A stretch of DNA of 64,000 nucleotides from Callorhinchus milii (taxonomy: Eukaryota). The notes beneath the pieces were generated by a model. The model was not told the DNA's origin. It worked only from the letters and a program-made list of their open reading frames with translations, and searched no databases. The DNA is taken from contig NW_024704743.1 in NCBI RefSeq assembly GCF_018977255.1, positions 66,094,001-66,158,000 on the forward strand. The letters are read 5' to 3'. Of this stretch, positions 38,080 to 51,161 are shown in pieces (within the stretch, counting starts at the first letter, position 1; the number at the start of each line of letters is the position of its first letter). Both the position numbers and the translations under genes were made by a program.

Positions 38080-38498
38080 TATAATAGTGCTTGCATTTGA
38101 TATAGCACGATTTCACCTTGTCATGATGTCTCAAAATCCTTCAAAGGATTTTAATGTGAAGTGTAGTGACGACTGCATTTGTAAGCAAGCAATTTTCACC
38201 TAACAGTGCCCCACAAATAGCGATGAAGTGAGCAACAAATTTTATTTTGTGGTATTGTTGGCCAGTATACCAGGAGAAATTCCATTCTCTTTTTGAGCAG
38301 TGGCATGGGATCTTATCATTGCCCAGAATGGCAGAATCTTGGTTTAACATCTAAACTGAAGGAAGGAAACTCTAACACACCCCCAGCATTGTATTGGAGT
38401 GTCAATGTGAACTGTATGAGTTCAAAGTTCCAACAAAGGCTTAGACCCCCAACTTTCTGACTCAGAGGGGAGAGTGCTACCAACTGAGCCAGGTTGAC
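38080..38498 (-). mobile_element. DeuSINE-type SINE, near full length
   Basis: Head TTCTGACTCAGAGG..GAGTGCTACCAACTGAGCCAGG; Deu-type AGTGGCATGGGATCTT; tail. Confidence 0.8.
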
Positions 38499-38635
38499 GC
38501 GTTCAGCAATAACACATAAACCTTACATTAAAAGCAATCCAGGACTTAAGTGTGATTGAGATAACTTGTTTCCTATAATGATAAAAAATATTTTTTTATT
38601 TTAACACCTTAAGTTAAATGTGCATCAGTAAATAC

Positions 38636-38962
38636 TTGTAGCATAGTGGTTCATGCGCTCACCTCGCAAGCGAGAGGACCTGGGTTTGATTCCCGGGCGG
38701 GGCGAAACCTTAGGCAAGTTTCCTTACTCCACACACACTCCTCTGTTTACCTAGCAGCAAGTAGGAACCTGGTTGTTAGTCGATTGACAGATCGCTTTAT
38801 CTCCAAAAAAAAGTGATCATAATTTGGTCACTCAATCCACGACTGTTTGTGGGACACTGCTGTGTGCAGGGCTGCTGCATTTGGTCACAAAATATATGCG
38901 CTTTGAGACATCTCGAAGATATGATAAGGCGCTATATCAAATGCAAGGATTATTATTATTAT
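38636..38962 (+). mobile_element. tRNA-SINE, long variant
   Basis: Head, CTCTGTTTACCTAGCAGCAAGTAGGAACC segment, (ATT)n. Confidence 0.85.
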
Positions 38963-39969
38963 CGATTGGGTGGTAATTGTGCACATTGACCCTAACCTAC
39001 CATAAAAATAGCTTTACATGTAAAAGACAGAACAACTGGGTATATTTACCCAATGTTAAAAACAATAACCTTTCTGTACTGTTCAAGCTGTGACATAAAT
39101 TCAATGCTACAATGGTTAATATTATATACCAACTTGCTCACAACATTGATATGGCTGGCACATTTGGAATGATAACCAGGCTCCTCTGTATTTTAGAACA
39201 AGGTTAGCTGTGGTTCAGAATACTGAAGGTCTTGAAGATTGCTAAAAGTGTTGGCAGCTTCTGCAATACCAGGAGCTACATAAATATTGTTTCAAAAAAG
39301 CAACATCGAAATTACTTCCAGTAATGACTACTTCCATTACTTTTAAAGTGAGTCCAAGCAGACACAATACGGAAACATGTGATAATAAATTAGTTGGGCA
39401 GTTTTAGGATGTAAGTTAAAGTTGAAAACAAAAGCTGATGGTCTACATCCTTGTTTTGTATTCTTGCACTGATTTCAGAATAAAAATATTTACAAATTAT
39501 CTTGTGAGTAAACGATCTGCCATATATCAGTCAGAGGAGTAAGGTTTTTGTGTATTTCATTTATTTTCTTTCTTAAAATAATTCATAACCCAAGGCTGAA
39601 TAATCAATATGGTTAGCATGTATAGGATTATGTGTAATTACTTTGCATTTGGTTGTAGGAATGCAGTTATTCAATACTACATTCTAGCATTTGCAAAATT
39701 AAATTTTATTGATATTTGGCAATTGTGCATATTTTATGGCAATTTACCATATCAAAATATTTCAGTGTGCTTTCAAGCGCAACTGTTTTTGTAGACAAAC
39801 TCAACAGACACTTGTGTTAGTCAAAAGTGAGGATTGTGGCCAGGATATTGGTGGGGCTTAACTCCAGTCGCTCTTTCAATAAAGTTATAAAATCTTTACA
39901 ATGAACATCTCATCTGAAAAATTGCACCTCTGATGGTGCAGCACTCATCTATTACTGCAGTGTGACTAG

Positions 39970-40024
39970 AGTGACACTCCATAACAACAACAATAAATGC
40001 AAGTTGTTGTTGTGAAGTGTCACT
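39970..40024. repeat. 22-bp inverted repeat built from an L2-type tail, inside a DeuSINE
   Basis: AGTGACACTCCATAACAACAAC-AATAAATGCAA-GTTGTTGTTGTGAAGTGTCACT; 20 of 22 positions complementary. Confidence 0.8.
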
Positions 40025-40067
40025 TTAGATTATGACTTCAATTTATGATTTGCGGATTGAATCAACA

Positions 40068-40209
40068 AAGAGGGATTAAGGGATATGGGGATAGGGTAGG
40101 TAAATGGAATTAGGTTAGAAGATCAGCCACGATCTTATTAAATTGGCGGGGCAGGCTCGAGGAGCAGAATGGCCTACTCCTGTTCCTACGTCTTATGGTC
40201 TTATGGTCT
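40068..40209 (+). mobile_element. CR1 LINE 3' end
   Basis: GATCAGCCACGATCTTATT..GGCGGGGCAGGCTCGAGG..AATGGCCTACTCCTGTTCCTA followed by (TCTTATGG)2. Confidence 0.85.
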
Positions 40210-40789
40210 AGCAACATATTGATCAATATAGAAGATTCCTACTAACTGAGATAAACTGGTCCATAATTATACTGTGGCCCTTTCTGCTGTGTCCTGGCCA
40301 ACAATCCCCCAGATTCATTCTGTGACCGTTTATGGGACAGTGTTGTGTGCAAACTGGTTGCCCAGTCCTTATACAAAAATACACAGTCACTACTCTTTAC
40401 TATAAATCCTGTGAAGCTGTTTGAGATGTTTTGGTGATATGCTAAGATGTTATATCTAATGCAAAGATCATCATTAATTAGCCTAACAAGGGGTCAGTCT
40501 AATAATTACTAAGCACTTAGAGGATCAACAGAAAGTGTGCAGCATTGCCAAGAGACACACCTAACACCTTCTCATACAAGTTACAACTACCTTCTTTCAG
40601 TAGGTGATGTGTCAATCTGTGTTTGGACTTCCCTCCAGAGTGTTTCAAACAACAGCAATGCCTGAAAGATATTCCATGTCAGGGGAAACAGCATCTGAAA
40701 TGTATTCATTATTATTATAGACTTTTTTGAAATAATACAGAAAGTAGAAAGAAGCAAGTGGTATTTCTTGTAGTTATTTATTACATTGA

Positions 40790-41140
40790 AACAAGTGTGG
40801 TGACTGTTTTTGTAGGCAAACACAGCACCCATTTTGAGCACAGCAAGTTCTCACAAACAGCAAGGGGGTAAATGATCAATTCACCAGGGGGACTATTGGT
40901 TAGGATAAGGGAAAAAACTTCATTTTCTTTTGTGTCATGAGATTTTTAACATTCACTTCAAGAACAAGGAGATGAGATCTTGGTTCAACATTTCATCCAA
41001 AGGATGACACCTTGGAAAATACAGGTCTTTGTCAGTATCATACTGAGGTACCATCCTAGACTGTGAGTTCAATTATTCACACAGTACTTGAACCCATTTA
41101 TTTTTTGATAAAAGGAGAGAATCCTGGGCCAAGCTGACAC
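40790..41140 (-). mobile_element. DeuSINE-type SINE, degraded
   Basis: Collinear with 38080-38498. Confidence 0.6.
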
Positions 41141-41439
41141 ATTTTGGTATCCATTTCAGCATTTCCTGTGTTCCTGGAATTATATAAATTCTAAGAGGAG
41201 GCCATTTGGCTCATTGAGCCCATGCTGGTGCTATTTCCTGCACTGGAGCTAACAACTCTTAATTCCAATTTCCTGCTCTTCCCGATACACTTTTGTAATG
41301 CTCACTGAAAATAATTCACCGATTCTCTTTTAAATTTTGTTATGGAGTCAGCTTTAATAGCTACTTGCAACAAAACATTCCATGGTCTAATGGCCCTCTT
41401 CATAGAAATGTTTTTTCTACCCTATTCATTAACTCTTCC

Positions 41440-41817
41440 AGTGACAATCCCTAGTTTAAGTCCCAGTAAGCAGGGTCTCCTTGGAGCTGAACTGGCTCGA
41501 TGAAACGTCGGATTTGAGTCAGCCCTCTGTGGCGATCTCAGTGGTGCAGTTCCTGAGCCAGGTGGCTCTTCAATTCCGGGCCGGGCAAAACCTTGGGCAA
41601 GTTTCCTTACCCCACACGCCTGATAATAATCCCTCCAAAAAACAAAAACGACAATAAATTGGTAATTTTCAATCCACGACTGTTTGTGGGACACTGCTGT
41701 GCGCAATTGGCTGCCACGTTTCGCCCACAAATAGACAGTCAATTCACTTTACAGTATATTCTATGAAGCACTTTGAAACGTCTAGAAGACATGAAAAGCA
41801 CTATATCAAATGCAAGG

Positions 41818-41858
<41 letters not shown>

Positions 41859-41932
41859 CTTGGTCTGGATACTCTTAAGCATGGTGATGGGCTTCTGCAT
41901 GTGTTAGGTGTGTTAGACCACCAGCTGACCCC
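41440..41932 (+). repeat. Family X head (41440-41567) and tail (41859-41932) flanking a SINE
   Basis: TAAGCAGGGTCTCCTTGGAGCTGAACTGG head; TGGATACTCTTAAGCATGGTGATGG tail. Confidence 0.75.
41569..41858 (+). mobile_element. Young tRNA-SINE, short variant, 5'-truncated, long (ATT)n tail
   Basis: Begins inside the B box; TAGAA tail loop. Confidence 0.9.
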
Positions 41933-44900
41933 CACACCCCCTACCAAAAAGCCTCCTTGTCATTGATTCACCAAGCTGCAATGGAAGTCTGATTTTAGAG
42001 TTGATAACTCTTTAGTGCTGAGAGACGAGAAGCCTAGAAATGAGGATACAATAAAATACAATTTACAATCATGTTGTGCCTTTCATTGGGAAAATATCTG
42101 AGTGTTTCACACAACTGACTGGGCACCCAAACCAGAGAGAAGGAAAGAAAATGACCGAAAGAATGGTTAAGAGCTAGCTTTGAAAGTTGGGAGGGAAGAG
42201 TTTAGTGAGACAGACACTGTGAAGGATTAAGTATCCAAGCAGATCGATGGAGTCAATATCTGAGGTGAGAAAGTACTGATAGGATCCAAGCATATAGATG
42301 GGAAAACGAGAAGATCAAGGTAAGAGCCCTGAGAAATGCCACGTGTAACTGTACAGGGTGGGAGGAGAAGCAATTAAAAGAAGCAAAGTGAAGACACTGG
42401 GATATGTTTGAATGAAACCAGAATAGGACAGAACTGTGAAGGTGGAACAGTGAGGAGTGAGGAGAGAAGGCAATACAATATACTACATTCTTCAAACCTA
42501 CCTTCAAGAGGATATTCATGCTTTGAAAAACCTAAGAAAAAATTGACAAGAATGATTCCAGGACTCAAAGTTCTATATAACGAGAAGCTCATTAAAGTGA
42601 GTTTAGTTGAAGAAAACAAAATTGATGGGAGTCATGATTAGGCCTATCAGGCCTATGGAAGCCATAGATGATATAAATATAAACAAACTTTACTGTTTAG
42701 TTTGTGAGTTGAAACTATAGATTTGAACTGACTCCCCACAAAAGCAGTTCATGTTATGCTAATCAATTTGTTCAAAAAGAGGCTGGATAAATCTGTAGGT
42801 TGCAATGGAAATGAAGGCAAGAGGAATACGTCTAGACGGAGATGATCAAGTACTAACTGAGCATGACGGCTCCAATGATTGAGCCGGGGGCGACACCATA
42901 TTGTTTGTGAAGATTCGTAGACCAGCATTGAATAGTGGCAATGAGTGAATATTCAAACATTATGCTTAATTACCTTTGGAGATCACAGAACATCTAAGCA
43001 GAACTTTCCCCAGCAGTGCATGGGTTTGGACACATAATAAGATAGATTTCAATATTTATGCGCAACAGGCTACATGACCCAAATATAGAGATTAATCTTA
43101 TTTGGCTATAGAACAGAAGTTAGAAGTTTACACCTTTTCCTTACAGAATGTGTTACATTTTGGTCAATATTTTCTCTTTATTTGCTCTTGGTTGGGTGGC
43201 AACCTTGTGTTGGCATGTCTTTTCTCACCTAGAGTTGATCCTCCAGCCAGTAGATGGAGCAAGTGGACTATGGGCTTCCCTTGACGCCCAAAATCATTGC
43301 TTTTCTCCAGAGAATTGTGGGACTCAGATAAGAAAACTCACAAGGTTGTTTATTCCCCCCGCCTTCCCAAAGAAAACAAAATGAAGGACCACTTTGTAAA
43401 TTAAGTGATGACTTGCTACATGTTCTGCTACCAGAAGGACTTGAATAAATATTTCTCCATTGGATATAGGGCAGCACATATGCAACTTGAACTTGAGTGA
43501 GGCACTTCCTGAAATACTTTACTATTTTTGTTTCTTCCAGCTACTTGCCAATAAAAATAGTCACCACCCTATTTGCAGAAGTCATAGTTCTTTACATCAG
43601 ACCATTTCTGACCTTCTGCTGTGATCTGTTCTTTAAGGTAAGGGCTTGCCTTCAGACCAAAGGTCAAGTGAATTAATGTTTTGGATAAAAAATAACTTTT
43701 GAGTGGAATACAATAAGTCTGAGACATGTTGGCTTCTTTAACCTTTAAAAGCTATTTTGAAAAAAATATTACAAAACTGCACACTAGCACCCCTTGATTC
43801 TGCTCCCAGATTTGTCTGAATATTTCAGATGTATAGATAACACTTCAAAGATGAAAGCACTGTCACTTAACCCATCAATATTGTGTTGAGCTTCCCACCA
43901 AATCTGTTAGATTCGAAGAAATGAAATGTGTTGCAGGGCATTCAAATTACAGCACTGACTGTAACCTTGCTAAAGCTTAGAGCATTTTCTAAATGGATGT
44001 CTAGAAGATTTACACTTGATTTATTGTTGCACTATAAAATGTGGTGAAGTCCAGACTCTTTCACACCCTAGTGATGCACTGTTTTATGTGTGCATGTGTA
44101 GGCATTTTGTCATAGTAAAAAAGCAGATTATATATAGCTGGTAAACTTTGTTATTCACCTTACCACTTTCCAGTATAAATTGCCCCATATGTTACTGTTC
44201 AACACAGGTTGCTGGCCACTGTGAAGCATTCTTATTGGAACATTAGACTGGAATGTTTTGTTTGGATTGGCCGGGGGTGACGAACATTATCATCTGCCAG
44301 GTGGAGATGGAATGCTTAAGTTGGAGTGGATGTGGGTGCTAGAATGTCAGCCATTTAAATGAAGTATTCCCTTGTAAAGAAAGAACCAGCTTTAATCAGC
44401 TTTGGTTTGTGCGTGGGAGGGAAGTGGTTTTCTGTGATCAAAGGAAAAGTTAATTAACTGTAAACAGACCATTAACATAATGGAAACATATTGCATTACA
44501 ACCCATCACTATAAAGCCTCTCTATTTTGATACATAGCAAATACCTTGCTGCCCTGAACGTGAAGGAGGCACATGTTTAGCTTTGACAGTGGTTTCCTTT
44601 TCTAATGCCACAGGAAAGGTTGTTGCTAATATTTCTATTGAAATTAATGTTGCGAAGTTTTGTCCATGGTGCTTGACTGTTGGTGCAATCTGTGATACAT
44701 TGAAGGAAAAGTCTTCACCTCTTACTGATGGATTAGGCCTTGATTTAATTGCATTTAGCTAAGTCATGTATTAAATGGGTTTTCACAATTCCTTAGAAAT
44801 TTGTTGGTGTAGTCTTATATAATACCAGAAACTGGGCAATAGAATATGGACTGTTGAATTGGTATGGAAAATAAGACATAATGTGACTCTTACAAATTGC

Positions 44901-44992
44901 TGCTGAACTACTCCAGTATTTTCACCTACAAAATACACAGTCACTAAACTGAGCAGATGCTTTGAGACATCCTTCCAATATGAAAGGATCTA

Positions 44993-45163
44993 CAGTAAAC
45001 TTATAAACTCCTGACAGTTCCAAGGGAAAATGGCTCAACGACAAGTTATCAGAAGTGATGAGACAGGCATATGTATAAATACATAAATAAATGTGGTCGA
45101 GATATTGACAGTATGACAACGTAAGTGGCGGTGACAAGACAGGATCAAATTATCAGGAGTTTA
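44993..45163. mobile_element. Tc1/mariner (Tigger/pogo-like) MITE inserted in a SINE tail
   Basis: TA|CAGTAAACT start; inverted ATAAACTCCTGA / TCAGGAGTTTAT; the host SINE tail resumes TCAAATGCAAGG. Confidence 0.6.
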
Positions 45164-45654
45164 TCAAATGCAAGGATTATTATAAACAACTATGTTACAA
45201 ACTCTGTTCCATCGGCGTGGATGGGTTCTACTCAACTGTCTTGTTCAGCTTGGGCACCTGCACAGATGATATTAATGCTGCAGGATTGAGTACTGTCTCA
45301 CAGAGAAGTCACAGTTCGTGTCGAATTCCAAGGCAAATGTAAATTATGGAGACTGAATCAGTTGGTAGTTTTCCACTGGAGTTTTTAATTAACAGAGTCC
45401 ACAGATAATCACAGAGTGGTAGATTTTACAGAGTGTCTCTGATACAGAAGCTTGAATGGAAAAGAATAACCGTTACAGATAGAGGTAATGTTACTTTGGA
45501 TTTACATTTACTACTACACTTAGACGTCTGAAACCTCTGCATAGGTCTCAAATTATCATTCCGCTCTCATTGATTTACTGTCGTCCACCCTGCGATCTCA
45601 ATCGGAACTTGAGGCTTCGCTGGTAAAGGATATCATATCTGTTTTTGCCATTCT

Positions 45655-46078
45655 TCAGAAGGTTGTGGGTTCAAGCCCCAGGTTGGGACTTAGAATCCCA
45701 TAGTCTAATTTGACACTCCAATGAAGTGCCGGGGGTGTGCTACATTGTTGGAGATGTTGTCCGTCGGCTGAGACGTTAAACCGAGGTCCCACCTGCTTGT
45801 TCAGGTGGATGTTGAAGATACTATGGCACTATTCAAAAAGAGTAGGTAGTTTCTTGAAGTGTCCTGGCCAACAATCCCCCAAATAAAAATGGCCACTCAC
45901 TCCATGGCTATTTGTGAGACATTGCTGTGTGCAATCGGCTGCCACATTTTGCCTACAAAATACAGTCAAGTCACCTTACGGTATATCCTGTTAAGTGCTT
46001 TGAGATCTCTCAATTCTGCGATAAAGACCTACATCAAATGCAAAGCTTATTACTATTATTATTACTATTATTATTATT
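45655..46078 (+). mobile_element. DeuSINE-type SINE, best preserved Deu domain in the window
   Basis: CAGAAGGTTGTGGGTTCAAGCCCC..TGAGACGTTAAACCGAGGTCCC..TCAGGTGGATGTTGAAGAT..ATGGCACTATT..GTGTCCTGGCCAACA. Confidence 0.85.
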
Positions 46079-46812
46079 AAGGTTCAGTATTGCTTGAAGA
46101 CAAACACAAGAATGGGCAAAACTATAACTTGAAAGAAACTGTTTAAAGATGGTTCCAGGCACCAGAAGGTGGTGAAGCTTTTAGCAATTAATCTGTCAGT
46201 TTTTCAAAAGCCTAGGCAGGATTATCACAAACCACGATAGTCTCCGAAAATTGTGCAATGCTATCCTAAATTGTATAAAACCAGATGTTAAACCAGGTGA
46301 ATCATAAAAAAAACCTGCAAGTGAATTATGATCTTTAGCCATTCTATGTGTACACTTAAATACCTCTTAACTGTTGCTTCAGGAGATGTCTTATTATCTC
46401 GTCTGGGCACAATTGAGCTTTTGCAGTGTGCAGAAACTCTTCATGAATGACACATCAAAATTAATTCGAGGTTGACCTATCAATCTTTAGCTCAACGTAG
46501 ACAAAATGGAAGCCACCATACTTGGTTCCCAATTACACCTCTATGCCTCCGGCTCTGATTCCTTCAATATTTTTGCTGTTCTCTCCATCTCATTGAGCCT
46601 CTGCGCAACATTAGCATTCTGTTTGAGCCTCAGCTCTCTGCCTTACAATCAGATCTGCTTTTCTTCATCTTTGCCACATCACCAAAATCTGGTTGCTCGT
46701 ACTTTTAACCGCCATGAGCTTCGCAAGCTCATTACTCCTGTCTTCGTTAGACTCCACTATCTGTCAAGATCTTCAGCCTCAAATACCTTCACACTGCCCT
46801 TCCTCCCTATTC

Positions 46813-47025
46813 CATAGAATCATAGAATCATACAGCACAAAAAGAGACCATTTGGCCCATCACGTCTGTGCCAGCTCCTAAAAGAGCAATCCAACTCAAT
46901 CCCACTGGCCTGCTTTCTCTCCATAGCCCTGCAATTCTGTCCTCCCCAAATACTTATCTACTTCTCTCTTAAAAGTTGTTATTGAATCGGCTTCCACTAC
47001 CCTTTCAGGTAATGCATTCCAGGTC
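46813..47025 (-). mobile_element. CR1 LINE 3' end
   Basis: (CATAGAAT)2 CATACAGCACA..CCATTTGGCCCATC..AATGCATTCCAG. Confidence 0.8.
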
Positions 47026-47390
47026 TTTGGGATTGCTTTTACAGCAAATTTTGATGCCTTTTTTTAGAAATTAATCCTTTCAATTTAACCCTTAAACAGC
47101 AGTCTTGTTTACGGATAGTTCAAGGGTTGACCAGATCTGTATATTTTCAGAGCAATGCTGAAACAAATATTAATAAAGCTAATAAATATTTTATCTCTTC
47201 CCAGTTGGAACCCAGTACGAGGAATCCTAAATAAGTTAAGCACTGGACCCCAGATCTAGGAACACATACTTGTAATTCCACACTTCAGTGTATACCTCCC
47301 AGCAGCATTGCAGTGCATATGCAGGTAAAACACAGAATGTGATGTCAGTGGTGATCTGATGATCTGTAAGGCTGCATCTTTTAATGTGGG

Positions 47391-47605
47391 AACCAGATGT
47401 GAATCAAGTTACCCCATCGGTGTCTTGTGGACCTGCGCGTATAGGAAGTGAGGTACACCCAGCTTCCACTGTGCGCAGGTCCACAGTACAGCAGCTCTAT
47501 AACCATGATAGTACTCTACCAGGGAATGCTATAATGGAGTCTACTGAACTTTCTAATGTTGATAGAAATACTTAGTTACAATGGGGTAACGACTCACATC
47601 TGGTT
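47391..47605. mobile_element. 215-bp element with ~25-bp terminal inverted repeats and an internal hairpin
   Basis: AACCAGATGTGAATCAAGTTACCCCAT (47391-47417) versus ATGGGGTAACGACTCACATCTGGTT (47581-47605); hairpin at 47426-47485. Confidence 0.7.
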
Positions 47606-50506
47606 ACTCGTAGGATTCAATGTTTCTGAATTTATTCAGAATTTATTCACTATTTATGAAGAGTGACAACTTATAAAGTGCTCTCAGAGTACATATAAAG
47701 GCCTCCCTCTCATCCGTCGCACCCTCCACTCCACCATTGGAGGTTGCGCTTTCAACCACTACGCCCCGAAACTCTGAAACACTCTCCCTCAATCCCTTCA
47801 ACTTGCCCCCTCTCCCCTTTTTCAAGTCCTGCCTGAAAATCTTCCTTTTCAATCTTGCTTACAGTCACCTTCCCCCCTGGCTCTGCCACCATTAAGCGCT
47901 CTGAGACACTACCCTGCATGGAGGGCACTATATAAGTGCAAGTTGTTGTTGTTATAAAATGCTAGGCACGTGAAAGGAGCTATATAAATGCTTTTGTTAT
48001 GAATGCTTTCTCAATGCTGCATTGTTGACCGCATTTTATCAGTATTTTTACACACAAAGTTAGAAAGCACATTATGTGGCATAACATGGAAACTAACAGA
48101 GACAGATGTAGAGAATTTATGGCTGGTTGATGGGAGCAAAAGAACTTGAAAATATTTTACTGGGATGCCAACAATGAAGACTCAGCTTTAGCATAGTCTA
48201 AATAATGTACATTATGCTCCACCAATCTTAGGTTTAGCATGTGATGGTTAAATCATGGATTTTACAGAAGTGTTTTATGGTGCTTTACAGTAGGTCAAGT
48301 TTGTTAGAACCGTACAGTTTTAAAGGAGCAGCTGTAGTGGCTCCTTTGTTCCAAGCATGAACATTGTTCTTGTTTAAGCACCAGAAACCCTTGTGGACTC
48401 TGGTATAGAGTAGACTAAAATTATCAAATATCACAACTTAACTTTCTCAACTCAGATGCAATTATTGCTTCAAAGAACACTCTAACTCACAGAGCACAAT
48501 ATACACAGCAATAAACTTTGATTTTGATATCATGTTGATCATGTAAAAACATGTTAAAACAATTCACAGATAATTGCTGTCAGTGCAGTGACTATGTATT
48601 TGCAGGAAATTTGCATAAAACAATATCACACTAACATCCATGAAGTGAATGATTGATTTATCTGGAGGATTGTTGGCACTGATATATATGTATCCATTTG
48701 TGCTAAATTTTCATTCAACCACAGCTTCAACTCTCCCGTGTGCTTATCTTGCATATAAAAGTATACCAAGCCTAAAGCTATTACTAGATTTCATATCCTC
48801 ATTGACTAGCGGTGGAAATGTTACCTTATTCAGAAAAGCACACATAGTATTAACCCTTTCCACATATAAAACACTTTAGTAATTTTGCCATGTGAATATA
48901 ATATTGCCCAATCTCTAATTATTCTATATCTGCCCTAATTTATTGAGAAGCCGCTTGTCTTCCAGTAAGCAGCTGAGCAGACTGTGGCATATTATGGGTT
49001 TGTCTTGCAGATAGTAACATCACTATTGTGAATTTGTTCACTTATCAAGCCAAAGGGTAGAATGGAGACCAACATCCTTGTCTGAAGTGTATGTTTGTAA
49101 GTGTTGCAATAGGAAATGTCTATTTAGCATAACTTCCTGTATTGTCTTTTGAAGAGGTCAGCTTTCTTGCTCAATAACTCCAGATTTGCCATAATAGACC
49201 ACCTTCTCAAAGACAATGTGGTAGGATGCTATAGTGTATCTAAATGCCAACATTCAGTATCATTTTCTTGAACTTTGATGTGGTTGCTTCAAGAGGACTG
49301 GTTTATAGTTAATAGCTTTTTCTCTTTGATCCCTTCCAGCGGTTAAATATGTTGTGTGTTGCTTTCCACTCCAATGATTAACAGGGATAGTTAAAATACA
49401 CAACAAGGGAAACAGCTGCTTCTTTAGATATATCTGTGAGAATCCAAATATATGTGCTATTTGCCTATATTTTTTCCTGGTGCAAATTGTTGGAAGAGAA
49501 CTTTTAATTTCCCTGTGCCTGATTAAAGTAATTGGACTGCTTCACCTCAATGCTACTTGAATTTCAGACTGTATTCCACCAAACATGGTGTTTAACGGCT
49601 CAATTTTATCCATAGGTGTCTGTAACATAAGGGTAAATTTGCGATGATTCATAATGCGTTCGATGTGATAAGTATCTCTTTGGAGACAGTCTATAAATGC
49701 ACAGTCACTACACTTTACAGAAACTTTATGAAACACTTGGAGATGTCCTTGACCTTATAGACATGTTTTCAATGCAAGGTTATTGTCATTGTGAAGAACT
49801 TTGCTGGCAATAATAATCTCGTATAATTTGTGATTTTTTGAGTCTAATACCAAAACAATAGGTTGAAGCAGTACACTCCTATATCTTCTGGAGAATGGTA
49901 TCACGCTCCTCTTTGTTTTCAGATTGATTGGTTCATCACCTACAAATACACAGTCACTACAGTAAAATCTTGCAAAGAGCTTTGAGACGTATCAACAATG
50001 ATAATATTAATAATATGTGATAAGATGCCAGATCAAATGCAAGGATTTTATCTTGCCTTTGAATAAGTTAACAAATATATATTATTAACTTAGTTGTTCA
50101 ATTTCAGACCTTGCAACAGAATGTTAAAAATCTTTTCAGTTTTATAATTATTTTTCCATGATTACCCACAAAGAAGCGCGAGAACTCCCTAGTCCTGATG
50201 TATGATTGCGCCGGCAAAAGGAGTGAATCCTGCAAATTAATTCACAAACCAACAAACCAAACCAAGATTTGCAGTTAGAGCAATAACTTCCTTTTGTTAC
50301 TGCCACATTTTCAATTCCATCATAATATGGGCTATAAAATTAACATTAAGCTGCAAAGATATTGTACAATCTCACTGAGCCACCAAATACCCAACTTTCT
50401 ATTTTTGTTAATAATAATAATTGCTTTTGTTATAGCACCTCATCATGTCAAAAATTACATCATAGCATTTTTCTTTAAAGTGTAACCTAATAGTAGACAA
50501 GCAAAT

Positions 50507-50826
50507 GTGGAGCCCTGTAGCTCAGTGGTTACAGCACTTGCCTCGCAAGCGAGAGACCTGAGTTTGATTCCTGGCAGGGTGAAACCTTGGGCAAGTTTCC
50601 TTATTCCACATGCCTGATAATAATCTCTCAAGAAAATAAATAAAATAATAATTTGGTACCTCAATCCATGACTGTTTGTGGGACACTGCTGTGCGCAATT
50701 GGCTGCCGCGTTCCGCCCACAAATATACAGTCAATTCACTTTACAGTATATTCTGCGAAGCGCTTTGAGATGTCTAGAAGACATGAAAAGCGCTATATCA
50801 AATGGAAGGATTATTATTATTATTAT
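50507..50826 (+). mobile_element. Young tRNA-SINE, short variant (TAGAA loop)
   Basis: Full head, body and tail. Confidence 0.92.
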
Positions 50827-50829
50827 AAT

Positions 50830-51161
50830 AAGCGTGGCAACCAATTTGCATACAGCAATGTCCTATAAACACCCAGGAACTGAATGATTTATTTTTATTA
50901 TTTTGGGGTTTGTTGGCCATGATACCTGAAGAAACTCCCATCTCTTTTTAAATGGTGCCAAGGAACATTTAACATCATTTGAACAGGCAGATAGTTTAAC
51001 AACTTGTCTAGCAGACAGCACCTCCAACAATGGAGCATTTGTCCAATAATGCATTGGAGTGTCAGCCTCGACTATGTGAGTTCAAAGAACCAACATGGGT
51101 CTTGAATCCACAATCTTCTGACTCAGAGACAAGAATGCCACCAACTGTGCCAAACTGACAC
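50830..51161 (-). mobile_element. DeuSINE-type SINE
   Basis: CTTCTGACTCAGAGACAAGAATGCCACCAACTG head; GCATTGGAGTGTCAGCCT body. Confidence 0.75.

Noticed and set aside
48322..48347. Short hairpins (also near 14992, 35044, 57704)
   Set aside because: 7-10 bp stems are expected by chance in 64 kb
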